Shown here one piece after another: positions 1 through 10,739 of a stretch of 39,977 bases of DNA (position 1 is its first letter; the number at the start of each line of letters is the position of its first letter). Under the pieces are notes generated by a model, which searched no databases, was not told the DNA's origin, and saw nothing but the letters and a program-made list of their open reading frames with translations. The stretch comes from an uncultured virus (IMG/VR IMGVR_UViG_3300011871_000003) (taxonomy: Duplodnaviria; Heunggongvirae; Uroviricota; Caudoviricetes): the IMG/VR virus record IMGVR_UViG_3300011871_000003. The stretch is one strand, 5' to 3'. The position numbers were made by a program, and so were the translations under genes.

Positions 1-126
1 AATGACGGATGAAAGGCAAGCAATAAAGACAATAAAATATTAGAAAAAAGAGTGGAAATGAAGTAAGGTTTTAGCTATAATGTATTCATTGAAGCGTTAT
101 CTTTTAAATCATAAAAGGAAAAAACA

Positions 127-615
127 ATGAGCGTAACTTTTCAGGCAGATATTGATTACTCTAAAATTGAGAAAGTAAAAGTATATATGACTGATAAATA
201 TCCTAATATGAGCGAAGAAGATTTTGCTTATGATCCTTTTGTCCAAAAGGATGCTGAAACAGGTCGTTGTTTCGAAATGGAGGATAAAATTGATTTCAAT
301 CATGAAATCCAAATGAGTAACAACAATTTTTGTCTGATTCTTAAGCTGGTTGATAGTAATCGTGCTATCTTATCAGAACAAGATGGCAATGTTGGTTCTA
401 TTGCTTATGAAGATTTAACTGATTTTCAGCGTAAGATTATGATGGCACTGAATAAATCAGATGAAAAAATGTCTGGTTATGAACGTCCTAACTATTCAGA
501 AGGGAATTTCCACCACTTTGGACTTTCTACGGATGGTATTAAAGAAAAGCTTGAAGGTATGCTTGAAGTAATTAAAAACGCGCGAGAGCGTCATTTAGGT
601 GTATTTTGGGCATAA
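127..615 (+). CDS. hypothetical protein
   Basis: 162-aa ORF, AAGGA RBS, followed by terminator hairpin. Confidence 0.8.
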   Translation: MSVTFQADIDYSKIEKVKVYMTDKYPNMSEEDFAYDPFVQKDAETGRCFEMEDKIDFNHEIQMSNNNFCLILKLVDSNRAILSEQDGNVGSIAYEDLTDFQRKIMMALNKSDEKMSGYERPNYSEGNFHHFGLSTDGIKEKLEGMLEVIKNARERHLGVFWA

Positions 616-622
616 ATTTTAG

Positions 623-646
623 GCCACCTTCCATAGGTGGCTTTTT
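623..646 (+). terminator. intrinsic terminator
   Basis: GCCACCT-tccat-AGGTGGC followed by T-tract. Confidence 0.75.
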
Positions 647-665
647 AATATTTTCAGGAGAAATA

Positions 666-1280
666 ATGTCAGATATAAAAAAAGAATATGAGCAAAGAAT
701 AGTTAAAGAACTAAAAGAAAAAGAAGTATTAAAGGTATTATTTCAACGTTATTTAGATTTGTTGAAAGAGAGAGTATTTCCAGTAATAATTCAGACACTC
801 CCTGAAAAATGCCAAAAACAACATCTAATAAAACTCCTTAGCGAAGCAACAGAAAACATTCATCAATATCCCCATGATAAATTAAATCGTTGGCTTGGTT
901 TTTCTCGTTCTATTGTTGATGTTATGCAATTAGATACAAGAAATAGACCAACTAGTTATATTGTTGCTTATGACACAACTAAATCTGTGTTAGAAGAGGC
1001 TTTTTTATTTGAGAAAGCTGTTATAGAAAAATATTCAGATGAAAGATTTGAAAATAATCATTGGCCTCTTTCAATAAATAAGGATAACGTTTTCCATTTA
1101 ATCGATAGTATTATAAATGATGATATAATCGATATTTATCCAAACGAAGTTCTACAGCAATATTTAGGATATATACAAGGAGTATTATGTATCGCTGAAA
1201 TAATCAATGTAGATGAAGAGAGAGAGTTTACAAGACCTCTTTTGCATTCATATCATACAGAAAAACCAAAAAGTTTTTAA
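666..1280 (+). CDS. hypothetical protein with internally duplicated helical motif
   Basis: Start moved to ATG 666 (AGGAG RBS); YPHDKLNRWLGF vs YPNEVLQQYLGY. Confidence 0.75.
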   Translation: MSDIKKEYEQRIVKELKEKEVLKVLFQRYLDLLKERVFPVIIQTLPEKCQKQHLIKLLSEATENIHQYPHDKLNRWLGFSRSIVDVMQLDTRNRPTSYIVAYDTTKSVLEEAFLFEKAVIEKYSDERFENNHWPLSINKDNVFHLIDSIINDDIIDIYPNEVLQQYLGYIQGVLCIAEIINVDEEREFTRPLLHSYHTEKPKSF

Positions 1281-1289
1281 AGGTAAAAA

Positions 1290-2162
1290 ATGAAAATAAT
1301 TATAGGTAAAAGCATTCTTGAAAACAAAGAATTAAAATTTGGTAATGAAAAAATAATATTAAGAAACGATAATGATTTCTCAAGTATAGTATTAAACACA
1401 TCGTCAAGAATCGTTGAAGAGCTAAGTATAAAAATAGATCCTTTAAAAAAATCAGTAAGAAACGATGAAAAAGATAGTAATGTTGTTCATGTGTATGATG
1501 GTAAAGCATCAGAAGACTATATTTCAGCTTATTTAGAGTACGTCCAAAATAAATCAGAAAAAAGCTTTAGAGTAATTGTTGGATGTCTATTATTACTCTA
1601 TAAATATGAATTTCCTCAATATACTGGAGAAAATTATAAAAAATTAGAGTTATCCGAAGCTATGCAAATAGCCGAATATCTGATTGTTAATAGTCCATCA
1701 GGATTATTATCAGAAAATGAAGTAGCTGATTACCAATCTAAAATGTCATTATGGAATAATAATAGACTTTATAATTTTTATAAAGGCTTAGACAATCCTT
1801 TACCAGAAATGAAAAGTAATAAAAATCAAGATCAAACTATGATTGTATTTGAAAATGAATCTACTCTTGAAAATGCTTTATATTACATAGATAGCGATCT
1901 AATGTTTAATGAAACGGAAGTATATATAGAAGTTTTAAATCACTATATAAAATATAACCTAAAAAAATCAGAGCTATTGGATTTAATAAAAGATAATGTT
2001 GAACGCCATCAGCAAATTCATTATAATGGTGATTATTACAGACTAAGTAATATATTATATTATTCAGGTCAAAAAAGAAACTCTCGGAAAGAGATGACTA
2101 CAATGAGAATATTTGCAGGTGGAAGGAGATATCCAATGCTAAACATAAGGGAAATTATATGA
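1290..2162 (+). CDS. hypothetical protein
   Basis: 290-aa ORF with AAGGT RBS. Confidence 0.75.
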   Translation: MKIIIGKSILENKELKFGNEKIILRNDNDFSSIVLNTSSRIVEELSIKIDPLKKSVRNDEKDSNVVHVYDGKASEDYISAYLEYVQNKSEKSFRVIVGCLLLLYKYEFPQYTGENYKKLELSEAMQIAEYLIVNSPSGLLSENEVADYQSKMSLWNNNRLYNFYKGLDNPLPEMKSNKNQDQTMIVFENESTLENALYYIDSDLMFNETEVYIEVLNHYIKYNLKKSELLDLIKDNVERHQQIHYNGDYYRLSNILYYSGQKRNSRKEMTTMRIFAGGRRYPMLNIREII

Positions 2163-2626
2163 AAACTAGATTATTAACTGAAACACATATTGAATTATCT
2201 AAAAAGCTTACTAATCACGAAAAAGGATTAGAGCTTATAAAGTTTTTTTATGAAATTTTCCCTTTTGAAAAAGAGATGTTAAATGAATCTCTTTATTATA
2301 TAAGTGATCGTGGTGATTTTGGTGAAGGACCAGAAGTAATTAATGTCTATTTCTTAAATACAAAGAAAGACATTCCTGATGTTTTTCATATTTGTGATTT
2401 TAGAAAAAAACATCTACCTAAATATGATAAGGATATTTATTTATCAGAAAATAGTGCAGCGTATTGGGAAGAACCATCTCAAAGCGTAGATAATATTTTT
2501 GATATTGAATTTTCGTACTTTGATGAAACAAAAACAACAGATGTCATAGAGTTAACGAAAGATACTGATTATTTTGACTTTAAAGCTTTTGTTTATCAGA
2601 ACATTAAGGATGATTATAAAGTATAA
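2159..2626 (+). CDS. hypothetical protein
   Basis: 155-aa ORF, ATGA overlap with previous stop. Confidence 0.75.
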   Translation: MKTRLLTETHIELSKKLTNHEKGLELIKFFYEIFPFEKEMLNESLYYISDRGDFGEGPEVINVYFLNTKKDIPDVFHICDFRKKHLPKYDKDIYLSENSAAYWEEPSQSVDNIFDIEFSYFDETKTTDVIELTKDTDYFDFKAFVYQNIKDDYKV

Positions 2627-2852
2627 AGATTTTATTAATATCCAATATTTTGATAAAAGAAGCTATACTATTGAAGGTAAAGAAGTTATCAGAAATCAAA
2701 ATATAGAGTTATGGATTGGTGAAGAAAAAATCAAAGTAATGATGTTAATAGAGTCATTATTTCCTAATGAAGATACTGGATATTACAAAAGAATTATAGA
2801 AGAAAAAGATGTGTATAATGAAAATCGTGTAAAAGATTATCTAACTAACTAA
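2610..2852 (+). CDS. hypothetical protein
   Basis: ATG at 2610 near AAGG; in operon. Confidence 0.6.
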   Translation: MIIKYKDFINIQYFDKRSYTIEGKEVIRNQNIELWIGEEKIKVMMLIESLFPNEDTGYYKRIIEEKDVYNENRVKDYLTN

Positions 2853-2854
2853 AA

Positions 2855-3118
2855 ATGAGGTCGTTTATGTGTAATAATGTTAAAGATAAAAAAGAGTTAA
2901 CAGGTATGGATAAAATCGTTCATAACGCAATGCTTTACTCATTCAGAGTAAAGTTTGGCCCATTCCAAAAATGTCCAGAATGTTATGGATTGTTGAAAAG
3001 CTGTCCATTGTGTCAAGGTCGTGAAAAAGTGAGTGTAGCAGAAGTGGAATCCTACAATAATCCTATTTCCAAAATAATGAGAAAAAACAGTAGTAACAAA
3101 GAAAGAATAGCGATATAA
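2855..3118 (+). CDS. small zinc-finger-like protein
   Basis: CPECYG...CPLCQG (two CxxC motifs). Confidence 0.65.
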   Translation: MRSFMCNNVKDKKELTGMDKIVHNAMLYSFRVKFGPFQKCPECYGLLKSCPLCQGREKVSVAEVESYNNPISKIMRKNSSNKERIAI

Positions 3119-3152
3119 TGACATCACTAAATAAAATATCGGAGATGCGTTA

Positions 3153-3455
3153 ATGACTACTAAAATTGATCCTATTTTTCTTATCAAACAAAAAGATACG
3201 AACCTTTTTCTTTATTCATTTCTTGATGAGAATACAGACGAAGAAGTAGGGGAGTTTCGTGAACTTGAAATCAACGCTAGGATTACTAGTGTTATGGGAT
3301 TAACTGATGATGTATTTAATGATGAATATGACGCTCATCTCCTTTCTTTCAGTAATGAAGAAGCTGCAAGATCTCATTTTAAATATGTAAAAGTGAGTCC
3401 TCGCACAGTGGAAATTGTAAAACTTAATATGTCTGTTAGTTTTGAGGTTGCTTAA
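3153..3455 (+). CDS. hypothetical protein (distant paralog of 16514..16813)
   Basis: GGAG RBS; shared motifs FLIK/YLIK, LLSFSNEE/LVTFNSED, EIVKL/EVVKI. Confidence 0.75.
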   Translation: MTTKIDPIFLIKQKDTNLFLYSFLDENTDEEVGEFRELEINARITSVMGLTDDVFNDEYDAHLLSFSNEEAARSHFKYVKVSPRTVEIVKLNMSVSFEVA

Positions 3456-3457
3456 AT

Positions 3458-3931
3458 ATGAGTATGATACTTGTAAAAGATGTTATGCATATTATGGAAG
3501 GATTTGAGAAAATCAGGCTATTAAAAGATAAAGAAAGAGAGCTTTATGGTGATTATCCATCAATGTTTCTAAAAACAAGAAAAATGATGAATGATTTCAT
3601 AGCAACTTGTGAATCTAATAAAGAGAATTTTGCTTCTGAATTAACCATTTTCGAAAATACAATGGATATTTTAGAAAGTAGATTTAATGATTTTAGTAAA
3701 AAAAGTATCAAGCAAGACGAGTTAACTCAAGATTTTATAAACAATTTTAATAAAAATTATAAAGATGAAGAGTTTATTTCGCCAGAAGATTCTGTGATTA
3801 TAGGTGAAAAAGCAGAGGAAATGCTGAGAAACAATAAAGTGTTAGAATCAGAGTTAAAAGAAATAACTGCATTAAATGATACTTTACCATCAAAGATAAT
3901 GGATATTTTTAAAAAAGCAAAAGAAGTCTAA
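3458..3931 (+). CDS. hypothetical helical/coiled-coil protein
   Basis: 157-aa ORF, GAGG RBS, terminator follows. Confidence 0.75.
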   Translation: MSMILVKDVMHIMEGFEKIRLLKDKERELYGDYPSMFLKTRKMMNDFIATCESNKENFASELTIFENTMDILESRFNDFSKKSIKQDELTQDFINNFNKNYKDEEFISPEDSVIIGEKAEEMLRNNKVLESELKEITALNDTLPSKIMDIFKKAKEV

Positions 3932-3952
3932 TTTTAAATATAAAGAAAAAAT

Positions 3953-3979
3953 AAAACACAGCTCAGGCTGTGTTTTTTT
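3953..3979 (+). terminator. intrinsic terminator
   Basis: AAAACACAGC-tcag-GCTGTGTTTT plus T-tract. Confidence 0.8.
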
Positions 3980-4085
3980 ATTTAAAAGAATTAATAATAC
4001 ATTTTAAATAAGATATAAGATATAACATCTTTATTTTGAATATTTTTTAACTGCATATTATAATATTTTCATAAGAGAGGTGATC

Positions 4086-4241
4086 ATGTTAAATACATAC
4101 AAACTTGATAAAGAAATGTTAAGTGCTGTAAAAACAAAAAATAAAGCAAGACAAGTAGATATTTTAAATAAGTATATTCAACGTGGATTAAGCACTAATT
4201 CTGTTGCAATAATGTGTTCTAAATATAAAAGAGGAATTTAA
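4086..4241 (+). CDS. small hypothetical protein (51 aa, not in ORF track)
   Basis: GAGGTGA RBS, MLNTYKLDKEML...KRGI*. Confidence 0.6.
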   Translation: MLNTYKLDKEMLSAVKTKNKARQVDILNKYIQRGLSTNSVAIMCSKYKRGI

Positions 4242-4242
4242 T

Positions 4243-4485
4243 ATGAGTAATAGTTTAAGAGAGCTTCTTGATAAAGATGAAATGTGGTATCTTGTATTAA
4301 CGTCTAAAAAAGAAAGCAAAGATTATGGTTATATTAAAACGAATAAGGAACTTGATAAATATATAGCATCGTTTGCAATAGAAGCAGAAACAAAAGAGGT
4401 TTTAGTTTCTTTTGGTAGAAATATTATGGATGATGACGGTCCAACACAAGTATTTAATGTTGATATAAAAATTAACTCCCAATAA
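4243..4485 (+). CDS. hypothetical protein
   Basis: 80-aa ORF, GAGGA RBS. Confidence 0.7.
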   Translation: MSNSLRELLDKDEMWYLVLTSKKESKDYGYIKTNKELDKYIASFAIEAETKEVLVSFGRNIMDDDGPTQVFNVDIKINSQ

Positions 4486-4519
4486 TATAAATAGCACCAC
4501 AAGGTGCTATTATTTTAAA

Positions 4520-5020
4520 CTATACTTCTTCTATTTTAATATAAATATCATCACAATCTGGAGCAACATTTACTTGTTCATATGATAACTTATATCTTCT
4601 ATCATTATAAAAAACTTCATTCCTTGTATCTTCAAATTGAATGCTGTCTTCTTTAAATACAAATATCTCCTCAGTATTACAATAGCAATATAATATTTTA
4701 AGCATCAATGGTGTTATTTTATGATATAGCTTGATTGATTGTATATTAGTGAAGTTTTTATCCTCCATTAAATAAGTTGCTGACTTACCTAAGCGTCTTT
4801 GTAAATATAAATAAGCTATTTTTCCAGAATCTGGTTTATTAAGTAAAAATCTATGATTATAAATACCTGTAAATAAAATATCATTAGCAAGTTCTTCATT
4901 ATTAATAAAAGAACTAAAATAGTTATTTTTAGATTTTTTATTTGTTTCATCAAATTCCTTTTTTATCGCTTTAAAAAGTGATAGGTCTAAAAATTTTAAA
5001 TCTTTAATATTATTATTCAT
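4520..5020 (-). CDS. hypothetical protein
   Basis: 166-aa ORF converging on hairpin at about 4491-4510. Confidence 0.65.
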   Translation of the reverse strand: MNNNIKDLKFLDLSLFKAIKKEFDETNKKSKNNYFSSFINNEELANDILFTGIYNHRFLLNKPDSGKIAYLYLQRRLGKSATYLMEDKNFTNIQSIKLYHKITPLMLKILYCYCNTEEIFVFKEDSIQFEDTRNEVFYNDRRYKLSYEQVNVAPDCDDIYIKIEEV

Positions 5021-5121
5021 TATATTTTCTCTTTTTATTATTAGTGTCGAAAATAATATATAAAAAGAGAAAGTGCAAATAAAAAACCGCCCGGAGGCGG
5101 TGGTATAAAATAAAAATTATT

Positions 5122-5898
5122 TCAGGATATTTCATTTTCAACAACAAAAACAAAGTTTAAACGTTTCTCATATTTGATATTAGAGATAATATAAGAAATC
5201 ATTTCGTTCCATTTTTCACGATCAGATGTAAAGAATTGACGTTCTTCATAGCCACCAGAATATTTAACGACTTCTGAAATAACCTGACCAATCTTTTCAC
5301 CATCAAAATAAACAGAGGCATATTCATTACTGTAATGACCACGGAATTCTGTTTTAATATCAATACGTGGCAGTTTTAAGTCATAAAGAGATGTATTAAA
5401 ACGGATTAATTCATGTTGTTGGTTAGTAACTCCCATTTCTTCTAAAATAGCTTGTGTAAGAACACTTAAAGTTCGTTCACCAGAATAAGGTTCTGCGCTA
5501 TGAAACAGTTTATTCTCCTGAGTTTCTTTAACGATAGAACAATCACGTTGATAATCACTAATAAAACTCAAAAGATAGTTTAAAGCGTAGTTCCATTTTT
5601 CTTCATTATATACAACAGCGGATGTTACCATTTGCATCTTTTGTTCAGTAGTACAAAGATGAGCAATAATATCATTATCAAAGGTAATAATGACTTTTTG
5701 TTCTGTTCCCAAACCTTTAACAAAAGCTTTAACGCGAGGGGCTTTCAATTTATCAAAAAAGCTAAACCAAGAAATACCTTCATAACTTTTAATATGTAGG
5801 GACATGAAGAATCCCATAACTGAAAGATCATTAAGTTGTTCAAGGCCATCAATACTATTTTCAACAGCTTTGTTTTTTTGATTCATATCGGTAAACAT
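5122..5898 (-). CDS. hypothetical protein with internal repeat
   Basis: EEKWNYALNYLLS vs REKWNEMISYIIS. Confidence 0.75.
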   Translation of the reverse strand: MFTDMNQKNKAVENSIDGLEQLNDLSVMGFFMSLHIKSYEGISWFSFFDKLKAPRVKAFVKGLGTEQKVIITFDNDIIAHLCTTEQKMQMVTSAVVYNEEKWNYALNYLLSFISDYQRDCSIVKETQENKLFHSAEPYSGERTLSVLTQAILEEMGVTNQQHELIRFNTSLYDLKLPRIDIKTEFRGHYSNEYASVYFDGEKIGQVISEVVKYSGGYEERQFFTSDREKWNEMISYIISNIKYEKRLNFVFVVENEIS

Positions 5899-5913
5899 AA
5901 ATAAGATCCTATT

Positions 5914-6411
5914 TTAAGAAATGATAGTTTCACGAGTGATAAAGACTTCAAGATCGTCTTTACAAGTAATAATGTAAGGGTTTGCCCTATTGGGATAAAT
6001 CTTTCCTTCACCATAAAAATCTTTATACATAGAAGAACTATGATGGGCATAATCCTTCTTTAAAGCCTTAATATAGCCTTCTACAGTGACTTTATACCAA
6101 GAGCCTTTTTGAGCAATAATATCAGCCTGACGAGCTGGTTTAAGGTGTGTCCAGAGATAACCATCAATAGCTCTAAACTTCTTATACGTACCTTCTTTTA
6201 CTTCTTTAGTTTTTGTCGAGCCAACAAGAAACATCTCAACAAAAGAGTAAGGAAAAGCATAGAAACCATGACGTTCAGGAGCACTATGGAACGTGTCATT
6301 CCCATAGTTTCCTCTTTGCTTAACAATGTTTAGGCCACCATAACGGCAAAGTGAAATTCCCCTACCTTTAGAAACAGCCTTTCCCATTTTGGGTTTAATC
6401 ATTTGTTTCAT
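5914..6411 (-). CDS. hypothetical protein
   Basis: 165-aa ORF with RBS. Confidence 0.75.
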   Translation of the reverse strand: MKQMIKPKMGKAVSKGRGISLCRYGGLNIVKQRGNYGNDTFHSAPERHGFYAFPYSFVEMFLVGSTKTKEVKEGTYKKFRAIDGYLWTHLKPARQADIIAQKGSWYKVTVEGYIKALKKDYAHHSSSMYKDFYGEGKIYPNRANPYIITCKDDLEVFITRETIIS

Positions 6412-6497
6412 ATTATATTCTTTACCTGTTGAATATTGTCATTATAGCGATTCCTTTTATGGGATGCAATGAGTAAATCAACATAATGCTATTTTAA

Positions 6498-6986
6498 TCA
6501 AATAATAGATTCTTTTTTATGTTTACCATTAAAGAAATATTCCAACTTTCCTTTCTGATAAACATCACTAACAACATCATCCAAACTCCATCTGAAATGG
6601 TTAATAAAGATTTTTGAATAGATATGAAATAAATCCTCTGATACAGAACAGTGTGGATAGTCATCATCAAGTTCTTCAATAATACGATTAATGAGTTTTA
6701 ATGCATATCCTCTACCACGAAAATCTGGTAGAACCATCAGGCAACAAAGCTTGGATTCTTTTTCTGTTTTCTTTCCAATGGAAAAACCAATAGTTTCACC
6801 ATTTTCTGATTTTGCTACAATAACAATGTCTTCACCAAGCATGACACGAGGAATGACTTTATTGTTGTACCAATGAGAAATATCAGGATAAATATGAGAT
6901 AAAGACGAAATTGTTGAAGATAGTTCAGTTAAGAGAAAAAGGTTACTAATTTTTTCAATTCTCATTTTAAGTTTTCCTGTTTTCAT
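6498..6986 (-). CDS. GNAT family N-acetyltransferase
   Basis: Motif A: LMVLPDFRGRGYALKL. Confidence 0.85.
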   Translation of the reverse strand: MKTGKLKMRIEKISNLFLLTELSSTISSLSHIYPDISHWYNNKVIPRVMLGEDIVIVAKSENGETIGFSIGKKTEKESKLCCLMVLPDFRGRGYALKLINRIIEELDDDYPHCSVSEDLFHIYSKIFINHFRWSLDDVVSDVYQKGKLEYFFNGKHKKESII

Positions 6987-7124
6987 ATGAAAGTAAAATA
7001 TAACAAAAAACCTTATTTAATGCAATTGAAAAAGCCACTCGGAAGTGACTTTTTTGATTTTTTATTAAGCTAAGCCATCGGTAATATAAAAAACCACCCG
7101 AAGGTGGTTTTAGATAAAGTTGCT

Positions 7125-7334
7125 TTATTTAGTAAGAGCAACAATACCAAGAGTAAGACCAGCTACTGCTGCTGCACCAGTGGCTATAGCGCCAGCGGTT
7201 GTCCAGCGGTCAGCATTTACAGCTTCTGCTGATGGATGGTAAACACCCTGCTCATCATAATAACCTTTTTCTGGACCGGAAGCACAACCAGCCAATGTCA
7301 TCGCAATAAGACTTGCTGCTATTATCTTTTTCAT
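7125..7334 (-). CDS. small lipoprotein with C-terminal hydrophobic helix
   Basis: Lipobox LAG/C after a signal peptide; GGAGGAG RBS. Confidence 0.8.
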   Translation of the reverse strand: MKKIIAASLIAMTLAGCASGPEKGYYDEQGVYHPSAEAVNADRWTTAGAIATGAAAVAGLTLGIVALTK

Positions 7335-7518
7335 ATTAACTCCTCCCTTTTAAAATATTCATATTTACGTTTATATTCATGTTTAACTCTATATTCATAC
7401 TACAAACATATTTAACACTTTTTGGAAATATTTCAACCCTTATGCTTAAATATTTGTATTGTAACGATTTAATTAATATGATATGATTAATATTCCTTAA
7501 TATAGAGAGTGTTTTTTT

Positions 7519-7965
7519 ATGAAAGTTGAGAAAATTAATAAAAATAATGAAAAAATTCACGTAACTGTTGCTGCTATGTTCTTTAAGGATGATAAAGTAT
7601 TAATCATTCAAAAAGCAGATCCAGCTTATAAGAAAAAATACAGTATTGTAGCAGGTCATGTAGAGGAAGGTGAATCAATAGAAGATGCCTTATTAAGAGA
7701 GGTAGCAGAAGAAACTGGATTGAATATCTCAGAATATACTTTAATGGAAAGCTTTAAAGAACTTAAAGATAGTTGCCGTTATGGTGTGAATTTACATGAT
7801 TGGCATGTTTACAGAATAGAACATGAAATCGATATCGATAAAATAGATTTTGATAAAGAAGAAATTATAGCGCTACATTGGGTTTCTTTATCTGAACTAC
7901 CATCCATGAAAGAATATTTTACATCAGGATCTAAATCAATGTTCACTGCACTTGGTTTATTCTAA
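7519..7965 (+). CDS. NUDIX hydrolase
   Basis: Nudix box GHVEEGESIEDALLREVAEETGL. Confidence 0.92.
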   Translation: MKVEKINKNNEKIHVTVAAMFFKDDKVLIIQKADPAYKKKYSIVAGHVEEGESIEDALLREVAEETGLNISEYTLMESFKELKDSCRYGVNLHDWHVYRIEHEIDIDKIDFDKEEIIALHWVSLSELPSMKEYFTSGSKSMFTALGLF

Positions 7966-7995
7966 GCGATAGAATATAAAGAGGTTTAAATAAAA

Positions 7996-8589
7996 ATGAA
8001 TAATAATATATTTACTCTGGAAAATGGCTCTTATATAGGTTTTGGAATATTAAAAGATATAGATAGCTATATATTAGAAGATGGTGAAAACCTCAAGATT
8101 AAATATAATATACATATCCAAAATGAAGATAATGAAATAATATCTTTTTATCATAAGGGTGGAAAGCCTGATGCATCTATTTATGAAAATATAGGTAAAA
8201 AAATGTTTTTTATAGTGGATAAAAGCGGAAGTATAAAATACCTATCAGATATTTTAACTAATACAAAAATGAAAAGTATAACGAAAGAAAGTTTAAAAGA
8301 TGATGAGTTTGATTATGATATACCTAAATTCACTTTAATAATGACTATGTTTCTTATATTGTTAATGTCTGATGTTCTATTTATTGGAAAAACTTTTTCT
8401 GAACTTGTAATAAATTCAACGATAACCGCAATGATCTTTTGCTCTTATCTACTTGTAAAAAGATCTGAAAATAAAGTAAAAAAAGCAAAAATAAAAGAAC
8501 ATGAAATAGCTATAGAAGAACTAAAAAAATGGTCTGATAATATAAGTATTAAAGAAATAAGCTATGAGCCTGAAATTATAATAAACTAA
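7996..8589 (+). CDS. putative membrane protein
   Basis: Two hydrophobic segments in the C-terminal half; GAGG RBS. Confidence 0.7.
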   Translation: MNNNIFTLENGSYIGFGILKDIDSYILEDGENLKIKYNIHIQNEDNEIISFYHKGGKPDASIYENIGKKMFFIVDKSGSIKYLSDILTNTKMKSITKESLKDDEFDYDIPKFTLIMTMFLILLMSDVLFIGKTFSELVINSTITAMIFCSYLLVKRSENKVKKAKIKEHEIAIEELKKWSDNISIKEISYEPEIIIN

Positions 8590-8682
8590 TAAAAAGAGGT
8601 TGAAATGGCTGAGAAACGTTTTGATTTAAATAATGGTTATTTTAAAATTTAAAGTAAAAGGGAGCAATGCTCCCTTTATTGT

Positions 8683-9759
8683 TTAACGATTATCGGTTAA
8701 TCGTTTAATAGTGCTTCCAGTTGGTAAAGATAAAATACCCTCATCAAGCTCATTACTGTTTGTCGCTGTGCTTCCAAAAAGTTCTGAAAGTTCTGCATGA
8801 ATTTCATGAATACGCTGCTTAACTCTTTTAACAATTTCAAGCTGCTGTTCACTATAAGCCGTGACAAGTAATGTTTGGTTTTCAGACTCATTAAATCCAA
8901 ATAACCCTGCTCCTAATTGTTTATCATTAGCAACGATAGCATTAAAAACTTCAATTTTGTTACTAACTTTCTGAATTTCGTCTTTTTTAAGGAAGAAAGC
9001 AGATTTTCGAATAATCAGACCATCTTCATCAACAAGATAGTAACGATCTTTAAAACGAACAGCTACAGCAAATTCAAAATCAAAGCTGGTGCTAAAAATA
9101 GATTTACCTAAATATTCAGATAAATTGTAATTTCCACGATTAAAAATAGAAAGTTTATCATTATCCAAAGTTTCAGTTCTTACAATAATGACTTTTTCGC
9201 CCTGCTGTAATGTCATTTTATAGTTAATATAAGCTTCTTTTAAAGCATCGAATGTTGCATTACTCTTAGTTGTTTCAGCAATAGTATCGTAGGTAATACC
9301 AATATAAGTAATGGATCGATCTTTTTTATCGTTATACATGACAAGGCCATCAATATTGCCAAGTTCAGAAATAACAATATCACGACAAAAGCGATAATCC
9401 ATAAGAACAACAAACTTCTCTTTTTTAGGATCAAAGAATACAGGGGTATTTTGATAATACTCAAGATTGTCTTCTTCCAACTCATATCGTTGAACTAAAG
9501 ACATAGGATAAAGAGTTCCTAATTTTTTCTTTTTAATTTCTGTAAAACCATTAACATCTACATCACGAGCTTTAGGAAAATGTAAAACATTATTGGAGGC
9601 ACGAAGAGAAGATTCTACACTAAAGTCTCCATAGATTCCGTTTCCACCATGAGAGCGTCCTTTAGGATCTTGATACATATGGATTTCTACATCCTTAACT
9701 GGATTATTGGAATATTTTTCAACATAAGTATCATTATCATTCTTATCGTATGGTTTCAT
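8683..9759 (-). CDS. hypothetical protein
   Basis: 358-aa ORF ending at hairpin near 8657-8677. Confidence 0.8.
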   Translation of the reverse strand: MKPYDKNDNDTYVEKYSNNPVKDVEIHMYQDPKGRSHGGNGIYGDFSVESSLRASNNVLHFPKARDVDVNGFTEIKKKKLGTLYPMSLVQRYELEEDNLEYYQNTPVFFDPKKEKFVVLMDYRFCRDIVISELGNIDGLVMYNDKKDRSITYIGITYDTIAETTKSNATFDALKEAYINYKMTLQQGEKVIIVRTETLDNDKLSIFNRGNYNLSEYLGKSIFSTSFDFEFAVAVRFKDRYYLVDEDGLIIRKSAFFLKKDEIQKVSNKIEVFNAIVANDKQLGAGLFGFNESENQTLLVTAYSEQQLEIVKRVKQRIHEIHAELSELFGSTATNSNELDEGILSLPTGSTIKRLTDNR

Positions 9760-9851
9760 TATATTTTCACTCTCAATGGTTTAAATGTTATGTTAATAAT
9801 ACTAAAAAATGGTATGAAAGACAACAACAATCTATCTTAAAAAATTAACAT

Positions 9852-10256
9852 TTAATGTTGTTTGTAAAAATCCTTTATAGTTTGATTAACATCAATTATT
9901 ACATCATCTATATGGCTGATATCAGTACGCTCATACATTGTTTTTAAAACAAGTGTAGATGGTCTTAAATTAGCTATGACTATCAAGCTTTCATCTTTAA
10001 AGTATATATTTTTAACTCCACAATGCTCATAATAAATAACTTCACAAAGCTTGTGCTTAACAATTTTACTAATTATTTTGGAAATATCTTTTGCAGGAAT
10101 GCTCCTATCATAAAACCTATTGATGAAATGCCTATCAAAAAGAATATTATAAGAAAAATCAGAAGGGATATAGCGAGTTCTTAAATCATTAATGAATGTT
10201 TTAAGCTTGTACTCAGTCATGTAAATTGATTTTAAGTTCATGCAAACTCCATTCAT
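9852..10256 (-). CDS. hypothetical protein, possible small RNase-like fold
   Basis: HFINRFYDRSI resembles an HxxxRxxxR motif; fold assignment is weak. Confidence 0.55.
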   Translation of the reverse strand: MNGVCMNLKSIYMTEYKLKTFINDLRTRYIPSDFSYNILFDRHFINRFYDRSIPAKDISKIISKIVKHKLCEVIYYEHCGVKNIYFKDESLIVIANLRPSTLVLKTMYERTDISHIDDVIIDVNQTIKDFYKQH

Positions 10257-10309
10257 TCTCAGATTATAGGTGAGTATAACAAACTATCTGGTGTTTTAAA
10301 AGAAAAAGC

Positions 10310-10338
10310 TTGTGCATAAGTAGCATTAATGATAGAAT
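10310..10338 (+). promoter_or_regulatory. TTGTGCA-class sigma70 promoter (1 of 8)
   Basis: TTGTGC(ataag)-17 bp-TAGAAT. Confidence 0.75.
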
Positions 10339-10372
10339 AGCTGTATTGTAAAATCACTTAAAAAGGTGCTAT

Positions 10373-10666
10373 ATGAGCGAAGAAAAAATGCTTCTTTCTA
10401 AATATGTTATGGTTTTTCGTCTGTGGGCTGAAGCATATGAAAAGAATATTAAAGAACATGGGTTTACTATCGGCTATAACCATAAAACATATAAAAACCT
10501 GAAAGATTTTCATGAAGATACAGAGAAACAGCTTAAAGATTATTGGGATAAAGATGTTCTTGTAAAAGATATCCCTTTTGAAGATGCTGTCGCGGTACTT
10601 TGTGGTAAAAAAACTATATTTGACCTAAAATCTTTTGAAAAAATTCTAAAGAAAAAAGTAGCCTAA
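10373..10666 (+). CDS. hypothetical protein
   Basis: 97-aa ORF, AAGGTG RBS. Confidence 0.75.
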   Translation: MSEEKMLLSKYVMVFRLWAEAYEKNIKEHGFTIGYNHKTYKNLKDFHEDTEKQLKDYWDKDVLVKDIPFEDAVAVLCGKKTIFDLKSFEKILKKKVA

Positions 10667-10739
10667 AAACATCTTAAGACAAAAAGCGTGAGCCTCTCTC
10701 GCTTTTTGTTATAATACTCTTCCATAATAGGAGAAATAA

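Noticed and set aside
10051..10060. Ninth TTGTGC promoter
   Set aside because: Inside a coding region, reads TTGTGCT and has only a weak -10 at the 17-bp position.
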